DNA of 64,000 nucleotides, from contig NC_091999.1 in the NCBI RefSeq assembly GCF_044704955.1, positions 10,044,001 to 10,108,000 of the forward strand. Reading direction: 5' to 3'. The DNA comes from Pristiophorus japonicus. Taxonomy: Eukaryota. The first letter of the stretch is position 1. Every line of letters starts with the position of its first letter. Both the position numbers and the translations under genes were made by a program. The notes under the pieces are model-generated. The model saw only the letters and a list, made by a program, of their open reading frames with translations, was not told the DNA's origin and made no database searches. Below, piece after piece: positions 21,553 to 33,869 of the stretch.

Positions 21553-24500
21553 GAAACATAGAAACAGAGGAAATAGGTGCAGCAGCAGGCCATTCGGCCA
21601 TTCGAGCCTACACCTCCATTCAATATGATCATGGCTGAGCATTCAACCTCAGTACACCACCCCAGCATTCTCTCCATACACCCTGATCCCTTTAGCCGTA
21701 AGGGCCACATCTAACTCACTTTTTAATATGTCCAAAGACTGGACTCAACACATTACTGTGGCAAAGAATTTCACAGGTTCACAACTCTCTGGGTGAAACA
21801 ATTTCTCCTCATCTCGGTCCTATGTGGCTTGCCCATTATCCTTAGACTGTGTTCACTGGTTCTGAACTTCCAGAACATCGGGAACCTTCTTCCTGCATCT
21901 AACCTGTCCAGTCCCGTCAGAATGTTATATGTTTCTAAATTTCAGTGAGTATAAGCCTAGCCGATCCAATCCTTCCTCATATGTTAGTCCTGCCATCCCG
22001 GGAATCAGTCTGGTGAACTTTCGCTGCACTCCCTCAATAGCAAGCACATCCATTCTCTGATTAGGAGACCAAAACTGCACACAATACTCAAGGTGTGGCC
22101 TCAGTAAGTCCTGTACAACTACAGTAAGACCTCCTGATCTTAAACTCATATTCCTTTCACTATGAAGGCCAGCATGCCATTTGCTTTCTTGACCGCCTGC
22201 TGTACCTGCATGCCAACCTTCAAGACTGAATTGCCATGACACCCAGGTCTCGTTGCATCTCCCCTGTTGCATCTCCCCTGTTACTAATTTGTCACCATTC
22301 AGATAATAATCAACCTTCATGTTTTTGCCACCAAAGTGGATAACCTCTCATTTATCCACATTATACTGCATCTACCATGCATCGGCCCATTCGCCTAACC
22401 TGACAAAGTTCCCCTGCAGCCTCTTAGCATTCGCCTCGCAGTTCACACTGCCACCAAGCTTATTGTCATCTGCAAACGTGGATATATTACATTCAATTCC
22501 TTCGTCTAATTCATTAATGCATGTTGTAATTGCTGAGGTCCCAGCACTGAACCCTTTGGCACCCCATTAGACACTGCCTGCCATTCTGAAAAGGACCCGT
22601 TTAGTCCCACTCTTTGCTTTCTGTCTGCCAACCATTTCTCTATCACGTCAATATATTATCCCCAATATCATGAACCTTAATTTTGCACACTGCTCTCTTG
22701 TGTGGGACTTTGTCAAAAGCCCTTTGAAAGTCCAAAAACACCACACTTACTGCTTCTCCCTTATCTACTCCAACAGTTACATCCTCAAAAAACTCCATCA
22801 AATTTGTCAAGCATGATTTCCCTTTCATAAATCCATGCTGACTTGGACCGATCCTCTCAGTGCTTTCCAAATGCGCTGCTGTTACATCTTTAATAATTGA
22901 CTCCAGCATTTTCCCCACCACCGATGTCAGGCTAACCACTCTATAATTCGATGTTTTCTCTCTCCCTCCTCTTTTAAATAGTGGGGTTACATTTGCTGCA
23001 CTCCAATCCATAGAACTGATCCAGAATCCATGGAATGTTGGAAAATGACCACCAATGCATCTACTATTTCTAGGGCCACTTCCTTAAGTACTCTGGGGTA
23101 TAGACTATCAGGCCCAGGGGAATTCATCGGCCTTCAGTCCCTTCAATTTCCCGAGCACCATTTCGTGTCTAATAAGGATTTCCCTCAGTTTCCCCTTCTC
23201 GCTAGACCCTCGGTCCACTAGTATTTTTGGGGCGTTATTCGTGTCTTCCTTAGTGAAGACAGAACCAAAGTATTTTTCAATTGGTCTGCCATTTCCTTGT
23301 TCCCCATTTTGAATTCACCTGATTCTGATTGCAAGGGACCTACATTAGTCTTCACTAAACTTTTTCTCTTCACATATCTGTTGAAGCTTTTGCAGTCAGT
23401 TTTTATCTTCCCTGCAAGCTTACTCAATACACTATTTTCCTCCTCCTAATTAAACCCTTCGTCCTCTTCTGCTGATTTCTAAATTTTTCCCACACCCCAG
23501 GTTTGCTGCTTTTTCTGTCCAATTTATGTGCTTCTACTTTGGATTTAACATTTTCGCTAATTTCCCTTGGTAGCCACGATTGAGCCATCTTCCCTTTTTT
23601 GTTTTTACAGCAGACAGGGATATACAACTGTTGTAGTTCATCCATGTGATCTTTAATGTCTGCCATTGCCTATCCACCGTCAAACATTTCAGTATCATTC
23701 ACGTCTTATACTGTCGAAGTTTCCTTTTTTAAGTTCAGGACCCTAGTCTTTGAATTAACTGTGTCATTCTCCATCTTAATGAAGAATTCTGCCATATTAT
23801 GGTCACTCTTCCCCAAGGAGCCTCGCATGATCAGATCGCTAATTAGTGCTCTCTCGTTACACAAGATCCGGTCTAGGATGGCATGCTCTCTGGTTAGTTC
23901 CTCGAAATATTCGTCTTGAAAACCATCCCTTATACACTCAAGGAACTCCTCCTCCACAGTATTGCTACCAGTTTGGTTACCCGAGAATTAAACTCATCGA
24001 TGATACCTGCTGTATCCTTATTGCACGCGTCCCTAATTTCCTGTTTGAAGCCGTTCCCAACCTCACTACTACTGTTTGGTGGTCTGTACACAACTCCCAC
24101 TAACGTTTCCTGCCCTTTGGTGTTTCGCAGCTCTACCCATATAGATTCCACATCATCCCTGCTAATGTCCTTCCTTACTATTGCGTTAATTTTTCTTTAA
24201 CCAGTAACGGTACACGCCCCCACCCTTTCCATCCTGTCTATTCTTCCTGAATATTGAATACGCCTGGATGTTGAGTTCCCAACCTTGTTTACCCTGGAGC
24301 CATGTTTACGTAATCCCAATTATATCATATCTGTTAACAATTAATTCATCCACGTTATTACGAATGCTCCTCGCATTGAGACTCAGAATCTTCAGGCTTG
24401 TTTTTTTTAACACTGTTTGTCCTTTTAGAATTATGTTGTAATGTGGCCGTTTATGATTTTTGCCGTTGATTTGACTGCTTTCTACTCATGTTTTTCTCCT

Positions 24501-24980
24501 TCATACCTTTTGCTTCCTCCCCGTTTTTCCTTCCCTCTGCCTCCCGAAATTGATTCCCATCATCCTGCCATTTTAGTTTAAACCCTCCCAAACAGCACTA
24601 TCAAACATTCTGCCTAGGACATCAGTTCTGTTCCTGCCCAGATGCAGACCGTCCGGTTTGTACTGGTCCCACCTCCCCCAGAACTGGTTCCAATGCCCCA
24701 GGAATTTGAATCCCTCCCCGTTGCACCATTCCTCATGCCGCGCATTCATCTGAGCTATACTGCTATTTTTACTATGACTAGCGCATGGCACTGGTAGCAA
24801 TCCTTAGATAACTACTTTTGAGGTCATACTTTAACATTTATCTCCTCGTTCCCTAAATTCAGCTGATCCCATTTTTTACCTATATGTTTGGTATTATATG
24901 CACTACGGCAGCTGGCTGTTCACATTCCCCTCCAGAATGCGCTGCAGCCGCTCCGAGACATCCTTGACCTTTGCACCATA
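21553..24980 (-). mobile_element. Long degenerate CR1 LINE (ORF1 esterase remnant, endonuclease, RT, 3' UTR)
   Basis: GFKFLGHWNQFWGR..DGLHL (ORF1), [47 protein letters not shown]. Confidence 0.95.
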
Positions 24981-25253
24981 ATGAGAGCGCGGCAGAGATA
25001 GAATGCATGGAAAAGGCAGAGAGAAGGAGAACGAGAAGGTGGTGGGGAGAGAGATCCTGCAGCAATTCGGCATAACTAACACTCATTGGTGCAACGCTGA
25101 ATACAGTTCTGCGAGACCAGCCAACCCTTTCCCTGGGAAACACCCATCAGTTTCTCAATAAGTGAAGCCTGCCCCTGATTTGGGTTTAATCTTTAATACC
25201 GGACATATTTAGAACATTCTGTTATTTGTTTGTCAGAATCTAAGCCAGACACC

Positions 25254-25730
25254 ATGTACTCCCCATGTTCCTTATTGATAATAATGGTCGTACTGCCCGG
25301 TGAGTTTATGTTTATATGGTCAGTGTGTGTTTCATGCTTTAAATTCACTCCCAGACTTTGGACACATTCTGTGTTTTGTAACAGGAACAAATGGCGAAGA
25401 ATCAGTGTCCCAGGATCCGTCATAATTAATGGTTCAAGAAGGACAGACCATAATACTGAACTGCAGTTACTCCAGATCCGAATCCTATCCTTACCTCTTC
25501 TGGTATATCCATCATCGCGGAAAATCTCTGAGATATTTACTGAAGAGATACGGCAAGCGACCGTGGGATCAGTCTCCAGATCTCCCAGACCAGATCTCTG
25601 CTGATTAGGACTCAGACAAGAAATCGGTTTCATTAAATGTCTCCGGGGCTTTAGTCTCTGAATCCGCCATATATTAATGTGCGCTGCGCCCCACACTGTT
25701 ACACGGATGCAGTCAACCCTTAGAAAAAAA
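25254..25730 (+). pseudogene. TCR alpha-like V pseudogene (three in-frame stops)
   Basis: Leader MYSPCSLLIIMVVLP with GTGAGT; GTNGEESVSQDPS*LMVQEGQTIILNCSY..PYLFWY..ESAIY*CALRP; RSS CACACTG, 23 bp, AGAAAAAAA. Confidence 0.92.
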
Positions 25731-26149
25731 CAGCAATAGACTCTCCTGTCAATTAATCAGATCTGTGACCGGGATTGTGAACTAACAATGGAACCTAAAC
25801 CAAAGTATACAGACTAGCTTTGCCAAATGACGAATTTCTCTGCTGTGGACTCTGTGAAATTCTATGTAATCTGGTTCTAATGCTGAGTGAGCAGCTCTTT
25901 AAATGGAGACTCCAGTACTGATACCAGAACAATGTTAACTGTATCCCTTCACTGCCTGCACCGCACATCGTGACCTGGTTAAAGGGGTAATATTGGGTTT
26001 AACTACCTGTTAAAGGATCAACATTGTCTTTAATCCCTTGTTAAAGGGCCAGCATTGGCTTTAATCCCGTATTAAAGGGACAACTGCCCAGGCATTTCTC
26101 TGTGAATATTTTTTCACTCCTTTCCCTGTTGCCCGCTTAGCAGAACAAA

Positions 26150-26285
26150 TGAGCTGCGAGCTGATTGGATGAATTGGAGAACAAAGCACAGTGAGCAGAT
26201 CGGTTGAATTGGAGAACACAGCACGTGTGATTTGATTGGATATCACCTGCTAACTCTGTCAAGAACGATCCAATCAGCAGAGAGA
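26150..26285 (+). promoter_or_regulatory. V promoter with multiple CCAAT boxes and an E-box
   Basis: Several ATTGG/CCAAT and CACGTG within ~220 bp upstream of ATG 26368. Confidence 0.5.
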
Positions 26286-26367
26286 CCGGATATTAGTCAA
26301 CCTATCCCTACTCTTGACGAAAAACAATTTCAGGTTAAACCAGTTCTGTTGAAATCCGAAATCAAAC

Positions 26368-27270
26368 ATGTTGGATGTTACTTTTTATTTTTTCTTCACC
26401 TCTACAGCTGTCTTAACTGGTAAGTTCACAAGTTGAACAACACTGTGTTGCACCACTGCATCATACATTATATTTAATCGGTCACTACCCTGAACACAAG
26501 AATATCAATAGATTGATCTAAAGTGAAGAAGAACATTAGTATTCACCTTGACTCACTGCTGAGAACTGTTTGGGAAAATGCGCCAAAATCTCCCAGTGAA
26601 TGAAATGGTTGAGTTCAGATGAGATTACAGGCGAATGACACGCAGACTCACCAGGTCCACCGGGGACCATGACGGACTTTGACAGCAACAGGGGTCTTAA
26701 ACCCGCAGACCGTTTGGAGTTTCCCCATCACATCACAAGATATGAAGGTGAGGAACTGATCCCGCTGAAGGATCATGAAAGGAAGTTTAATTCAGTCGAT
26801 CCAAGCACCTTCCCGTTGCAGCCTTTGAGTTGTGTGGAAATATATTTCTGTTTAATTGCCCAGAGTTACTTCTCAGGCAAGTTTTGGGGGTGACAGAATC
26901 ATTATGGGGGATAGACACAATGAAGTCACGCTGTTAATTTAGTATCACTCTGGGCTCTTGCAGGATATTGTCGAGGAGACTCCGTTTCACAGGCACCGGC
27001 TGCAACCAGAGTAAGTGAAGGGGACGATGTTCAGTTGCACTGTAATTACACAGCTACAAGCGGGAGCACTCCTTACCTATTCTGGTACCGTCAGTATCCC
27101 AGCGGATCAATAGAATATTTGCTGCAGATTATGAAATATACCGAGCAAAAAGAGAGACCTCCAGGTGACCGTTTTTCAGCGAAGCTTAATGATTTGAGAC
27201 GAACCGTCTCGCTGAATGTGTCAGAAACACAACTGACAGACTCCGCGGTGTATTACTGCGCACTGAGACC
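26368..27270 (+). CDS. TRAV: Intact TCR alpha V gene segment (leader 26368-26419, V exon 26964-27270)
   Basis: Leader MLDVTFYFFFTSTAVLT with GTAAGT; GYCRGDSVSQAPAATRVSEGDDVQLHCNY..PYLFWYRQYP..RFSA..LTDSAVYYCALRP. Confidence 0.95.
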
Positions 27271-27309
27271 CACAGAGACACGGTGCAGGGCTGGACCTGT
27301 ACAAAAACT
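27271..27309 (+). other. 23-RSS
   Basis: CACAGAG, 23 bp, ACAAAAACT. Confidence 0.93.
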
Positions 27310-27484
27310 GTCAAAGCATCGCGCAACATATCAGCGCGTCCAAGTAACATTGTGATCAGGAGCAAATCTGAGATTGGCCCTGTATTTTTGATCAGTTATT
27401 TTACTATTAATTCTCATATGTATTTACCTTTACTCATGAACAATAAAGCCTGCTGGCACACAAGTGAAAGGGAGGAAAGAAAGC

Positions 27485-27895
27485 AAGAAGAAAGACATTG
27501 CATTTATACAGCATCTTTCACGACCTTGGGACATCGAAAAGCCTTTTGCAATGATACGACTACATTTTAATAGTGTAGTCACTGTTCTAATGTAGAAAAC
27601 ATGGCAGCCAATCGGCTCATATCAAGATCACACAAAGAGCAATATTTTTATGATAATCTGTTTTTACTGATGTTGATTAAGGGATACATATTAGACAGGA
27701 CACAGGGGAGTACTCCTCTGCTCTTTTTCGAAATAGTGGCACTGGGATATTTTAAAAAGACCTGAGAGAGCAGATGGGATTAACATCTCATGCGAAATAA
27801 TTCTTTATTCCCCGACTTCTGCATTGAAGTATCAGCCTAGATGATGTGCTCAAGTCGCTAGACTGAGCTGTGAACCCTCAACAGCTGACACCGAA
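27485..27895 (-). mobile_element. DeuSINE (SacSINE1-like)
   Basis: Reverse complement of Deu-domain and tail (TTGCATTTATA..GTGTAGTCACTGTT..GGCAGCCAAT), recognised from memory. Confidence 0.7.
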
Positions 27896-28434
27896 CACAT
27901 GCAGATTCGACCTTATTTATTAACTCTAGCACGTCGGTATATTTATTAATAATAAATATTTTACATATATATATTTACACACAAATGCAGATCGATGAGT
28001 GAAATTACATTAAAGAGCGAACCTGGCTGATATCTGACAGGCAGATGTAAAACGGCCTCTATGGGCCTCGTTTCTGTCATTGAGCAGGGGGACCAGTTTG
28101 TGTTAGGGTTACCTCAATGTAACTACACACAGAAAGGAATCAGTGGAATCGGGAAATGAAAACATGGATGTTACACGAGAATGAACCTAATGCTCTCGAT
28201 GAGTCGGCACAGGCCAGCATAAAATAAATCAACACTCAATAAAGTGATTGGCTCAGTCCTGGTGAATATAGTCCCACAATTAAGCAATGCTAACGTTTCC
28301 CTCACAATAAAGTCTGCACTCACTGAGCGACTAGCTCCACAGGTCGATTCCGTAGGCTGTGACTGCCAATATCTCAGATCAATCCACTATGAACTGGGAA
28401 TGATAGAGACAAGCCTTGCGGTAAAACTGCCTGT

Positions 28435-28600
28435 GGCAGACCCGCCCACAGTTTCCGATTGCTGCTCTCGTTGTGACCCTCTTTGCCTGCCCTTTGTTTT
28501 TGGAGAGATTGCTGCAGCTGTTACTGAACTGTAAACAGGATGGAGGTTTCTATAAAGTGAATGCAGCATTTCCTCTCAGTGTGTGACTCTATCGCACAGT
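28435..28600 (+). pseudogene. Decayed promoter/leader remnant of the duplicated V family
   Basis: CCCGCCCACAGTTTCCGATTGCTGCTCTCG homologous to 15340 and 33895; no V exon. Confidence 0.6.
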
Positions 28601-28929
28601 AATACACAGCAGATTCCACTCTCAATAAACAGTTGGCCGCGTTTGTCCGCAGTGGAAAGATTCAATTCAAATCGGGCTGTGCTCCCTTTGCCATGCGATG
28701 CTCGCATTTTTACCCACTCGAGTCACTGACTAGATTTCTGTCTGTACCAGTGCATGGCGTGAATGCTGGACGAGTTTTAGCTACAGTTTATCAACACTGA
28801 TTCACCCCTTCAGAATGTTATCGCAGCGGGAGACTGCAGCAATTGGTGCGAGAGACATCGGCCTGTAAAAATATTCAAACAATAAAAAACTGGAGGAAAG
28901 TGAATAAAAAATACTGCGGGTTATTGAGC

Positions 28930-31685
28930 TCAGCTCCTGTAACTACATGTTAGGAGCAGCAGAATAACGAGTAATAGCTTCATTTGTACCGAGTAATACA
29001 TCCATGTGATTACAATGTAAAGAATATCATGGCAAGCAGCTCGTCTCAGAAGACCCCGAACCGAATCAGAGAGCTGCAGGTATCCCAGTCATGGAAGTGA
29101 ACAGGGGTTACAGCAATGGAAGGCAGAAGGGCCTGAGTGGATACAACCCGCGAGTTGTCACATAAAAGGAGCAGGACCAGGTGGTGCCTGGATCCCGACC
29201 AGTGAGTTGATAGAGAACAGGGATAGACTGGATAAAGAATTGGAAAAGCTAAAAGTAAAATTGAAGAAACATGAAAGAGGAGCTAGAGTCACAGTCAGGA
29301 ATGATACCTCGGTTCAGTTGCTGAGGTTGGGGTAGATTCCACAGGTGAGAGAGGATTCCTATAGGGATTCCCGGGATGGCGGGACTGACCTATCAAGAAA
29401 GACTGGATCAACTGGGCTTGTATTCACTGGACTTCAGAAGAATGAGAGGCGACCTCATAGAAACATTTAAAATTCTGACGGGGTTAGACAGGTTAGATGC
29501 AGGAAGAATGTTCCCAATGTTGGGGAAGTCCAGAACCAGAGGTCACAGTCTAAGGATAAGGGGTAAGCCATTTAGGACCGAGATGCGGAGGAACTTCTTC
29601 ACCCAGAGAGTGGTGAACCTGTGGAATTTTCTACCACAGAAAGTTGTTGAGGCCAATTCACTAAATATATTCAAAAAGGAGTTAGATGAGGTCCTTACTA
29701 CTAGGGGGATCAAGGGGTATGGCGAGAAAGCAGGAATGGGGTACTGAAGTTGAATGTTCAGCCATGAACTCATTGAATGGCGGTGCAGGCTAGAAGGGCC
29801 GAATGGCCTACTCCTGCACCTATTTTCTATGTTTCTATGTTTCTATGCCGCGCCTCAACTTCACATGTCGTTTCTTTCGGACCTTTACTTCAGGGTAGGG
29901 GTGGCCATGCCTTTATCCAGGTATGTGTAGAAGGACAGCGGGTGATTGACACAGGGTCTGCCAGACAAATGAAGGCTGAGGTGCTCCTGGAGGAAGGAGA
30001 TTCCCCTCTTCAGAAACAGTATCCCATAACCTCAGTTGCACAAAGAGCAGTTAATGAACAGTCTGTAAAAATGAAAGCAGTGGGAGAAGCTTGTTCAGAT
30101 GAATTTTAAGTTTCTGCAGGAAGGGGCTGTCTCAGAACTGATGAGATGTTCAGTGAAAAGCTCAAATGTGGGAGTTATAATCATGATCTTAAAGGATGCG
30201 AAATAGAAGTTGGATCATTGCAAATGTCGAGAGAGGAAATTACAGCAGTTCTGAACGGTGAACTGAGGGAAGGACTGGGACTCTCGACTGACTATTCAGT
30301 ATTTCCGTCATCCTTTACTCTGCGTTGTTACACTTTTCCCACAAAGCAGAGGAAATTGTTAAAAACTATGCAATGGGCTTGGGTCGAAGACACCGATTGC
30401 GAGTTTACAGTTCTGAATGTCAACAGCATGGAATTCCGTCGAAAACATCAAAAGTTGAAAGTTGACGTTTAATTGAAAATGAATATGGTGATCACAGACC
30501 AGCGGACTTTAAAATGGCATACTGAGAATTTGAATCAACAGCAACCCTACTTTGACCCTAATCGTGCTGCTATTTGGAAGAAGGAAATGTGGACATGGAG
30601 TACAAGATTTCATCAGATACAGAGTTTGAATCAAGCAATAGTTGTGGACATTAACCTTCACACCCGGAAACGTTTGCACAACGTTGGACAAGATTGACAT
30701 GTAAGTTGGTGGGAGTTATTGTTGGATGGAGCCCGAAGGCGAAAGGCGCGATGGACACAATGATACACCCTGACTTTATGCTGGTGCTGTTTCAGCTGGT
30801 CGCGCTGGTCATTGTGATTTACTGCGGATGTCTTGTTCAAAAACAAGGACTACAACTGGACAATGTCGTTGAACTAGCTCGAGCGACCATGCAAATGTAT
30901 GTTACCCAGATGAGACCTGCAGAGAGGCGAGGAGAAGAAGTGGGGGAATGTGAGAGCACATTTCTAAACTCTTTGCTTCAGCATGCGGTCTGAAGTTTGG
31001 ATTAAAAACAAGAAGATTGGAAGTTTCGATCGAAAAGAGACTGTTAGACAATGTGGTGCTTTCCAGCCAGTGAGATGAATGACTGGTCATTGTCTGGGTG
31101 TTAAATATTTGAGTACCTTGTTACGGTGTGAATAATGGAAACTGAAGACTAAACGATTTGTTGATGTCTGTATGTTGTATTTGAGTATAACTGTTTTACT
31201 ATGCGAGGAAACGATTCTGTATGTTCAGTATTTTATTGTACCTTTGTCACAATTTGATGACATCTGTAGGTTAAATAAGCAACGTTAAGTATTTGAGTAC
31301 TTTGTTACGGTGGGAATAATAGTGTGTATGTTAAAGGATTCAAAAAGCTTTTAGTCTTGATTGTCTAAATGCAAAGAATAAGAGTTCAAAGGCTTTTTAG
31401 ATATAAAACCGGCTTTTGTCACACAGAAACATGGATTGTCGAGTCTCTTATGGACTGCAGAGACTGTTATGGACTATAGAGACACTTGCACTGCAGAGAC
31501 ACTGGAATCTGGAAAGGTGTGTAACTTCTGGAAGAACTGCCTTTGCAAGCAGAGTTGTTGGCTTGTGAATGTCTGAATGTCTAAATAAATATCCAGCATT
31601 TACTACAACTGGGTGTGTGTGGGTAAATCGACGTTAAAAGCAATGGAAGCGAAACGAGCAAGACAGCCGTTTACAACACCCCACA
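28930..31685 (+). mobile_element. Collapsed env-bearing LTR retroelement; 3' LTR ~30949-31685
   Basis: Remnants in order: protease VIDTGSA, RT start KQYP, WAW linker, RNaseH ITDQRTLKW, env-like WWELL/GWSPKAKG..IHP plus TM, PPT GAAGTGGGGGAA, LTR TGTG..CACA with AATAAA; 5' boundary uncertain. Confidence 0.7.
29366..29847 (+). mobile_element. Young CR1 3' fragment nested in the LTR element
   Basis: ORF 29376..29747; (TTTCTATG)3 tail. Confidence 0.95.
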
Positions 31686-32621
31686 GCAGTAACAGCTAAT
31701 ATCCAGCCTTACCTTTTGAAGTGGGGCAATCGAGCTCTGTTATAATGAAAGGGTTAAGAATGGATCTTCGAACTAAAACGAACTGACATAGGCTTTTAAA
31801 GCGGTCAACTTTTTCTTAAGGTGTTTAAAGGGACATAACATATGATAATGATTAATTGTTACCAAATGTGTAACCTAAGGACAATTGCAGGAGGCCAAAC
31901 TGTTGAAACACTGGAAGCCCAGAGGGGCAGCTAAACACGGCAAGAGGTCAAAAGTGACACAAAGGAAAAACTCCATCTGGTCAAGGCAAGAGCGATAAGA
32001 TAACATTCCAATGTACTAATGAACTTTTGGGATACAGTGAGGTTTATGGAAAAGTACTGGAGATAGGCGTGGTCAGGATTGTACATTTACTTTGAGTGAC
32101 AAGGGTTTTGACCATTCAAATCTATGTAAGTCTCATGTATTGAATGTCCGGCCATTATAGGCTGAGGAACTGTGTTTTCTTTGTTCAGGCAGAGCAAGTG
32201 AGCACAGCTCAGCAACAGGTTACTGCAGATATGACCTTTACTTGCAAGTAAATTAAAGATTGCTTGAATCTTCCAATCCAGACCTGGTGTTGAGTGTTAA
32301 TCTTAAATGCTCCACTACAATTTACAGAGTGGACAGCAACAATGCGGCTACTGTGCAGGAGCTGTGCTCCCTTCTGGCAGCACCAGAATAATTACGCTTC
32401 TGTCGAAGGCATTTCTGACACCCGAGCTGGACTACAATCTGTGTCCTTGTTGCAGAATGGTTCCACTGTAGAGCGGAGAAGAAAGTAACATATTGTCTGG
32501 TTATTGTGACCTGAAATCTGAAGAATTGCTATAAGTTTGGTTTATTCTTGGGTCGATTCATTGCCTATAGTTCCCTTACCTTTACCATCAGGACGCTGTT
32601 AACCAGGACTCCAGTGACCAT
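31686..32621 (-). pseudogene. Decayed V pseudogene split by an LTR-like insertion
   Basis: Leader-like MVTGVLVNSVLMVK with GTAAGG at 32621-32580; ..VQLGC..LFWCCQ before the insertion and ..DISCYC after it. Confidence 0.45.
31738..32319 (+). mobile_element. Probable solo LTR
   Basis: TG..CA termini, ~580 bp, ATTAAA near the 3' end; no TSD seen. Confidence 0.45.
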
Positions 32622-32874
32622 TTCCTCACCGTCAGTTAACGAATGGACTAACAATGATTAATAATAACATTCCCTGTAATTTGAACAACGTTTGATGCAC
32701 CGTCCCCTTCTGTGGTTTGCAGTTAAAAAGCTGATTAAATTCTATCTGGTGAATCCTGACCTTTAAACTGGTAATGAATTATTTGAAGATGCATAATCTT
32801 CAGAACTTTGAATTGTCATCAGGGAGAATGGAGTGAACAGCCGAGAGGAGCTTTTCAGCAAATAAAGATAAATC

Positions 32875-33600
32875 TGATAACATTGTAGTAGGACTTCTTT
32901 GCTTTTATATTCTACCCCCCTTGCAATAAAGGCCAGCATTCCATTTGCCTTCCTGATTCCCTGCTGTAACTGCATACTAATCTTTTGTGTTTCATGCACA
33001 AGGACCCCCAGGTCCCGTTGTACTGATTTGAATCCTTGTGCATTAAACACAAACAGTTTGTTTGCAGTTACAGGAAGTAATCAGGAAGGCAAATGGAATG
33101 TTGGCCTTTACTGCAAGAGGAATAGAGTATAAAAGCAGCGAAGTCCTGCTACAACTGTACAGTGTATTTTTGAGGCCACACTGGCGTGCTGCGTACAGTT
33201 TTGTCCTCCTTATTTAATGAAGGATACACTTGGATTGGAGGTAGTTCAAAGAAGGTTCACTAGAGTGATTCTGGCGATTAGGGGGTTGCCTTATGAAGAA
33301 AGGCTGAGCAGGTTGGGCCGATACTCATTAGAGTTTAGAAGAATAAGAACTGATTTTATTGCAGAAGGTTGTCCATCTGTGGAATTCTCTGCCCCGGAGA
33401 GCTGTGGATGCATGGTCATTAATCATATTTAAGGTCGAGATAGACAGATTTTTGAACGATAAGGGAGTTAACGGTTATGGGGAGCGGACAGGGATGTCGA
33501 TTCGAGCCCAGGATCAGATCAGCCATGATGTTATTAAATGACGGAGCAGGCTCGAGGGGCCAAGTGGCCTACTCCTGCTCCAAATTCTTATGTTCCTATG
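32875..33600. mobile_element. CR1 fragments, - (32875-33025) then + (33060-33600)
   Basis: IRKANGMLAFIARG segment present on both strands; 3' UTR tail at ~33590. Confidence 0.85.
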
Positions 33601-33869
33601 TAAATAATCTGTGTGCCTGCAGAACTTTCGGATCGGTTGTAGATTTTTTCTATTTCTCACCGTCTTTCAGCCATTGGTTTTAATCCTCCTAAGTGATGAA
33701 GGTGACGGCAAGTATTGATTAATTTAATAATTCTGAAATTAGTGTCGTGAGCTTGCTTGCACCGAAGTTTTACTAACTACAAAACTAACGGAGCCCTTAT
33801 AGAGAAGCGGAGTTATATGATTTTCCAAAGGGTGCATTATTATTGAATTCTGACCTCACAAGTGGATCC

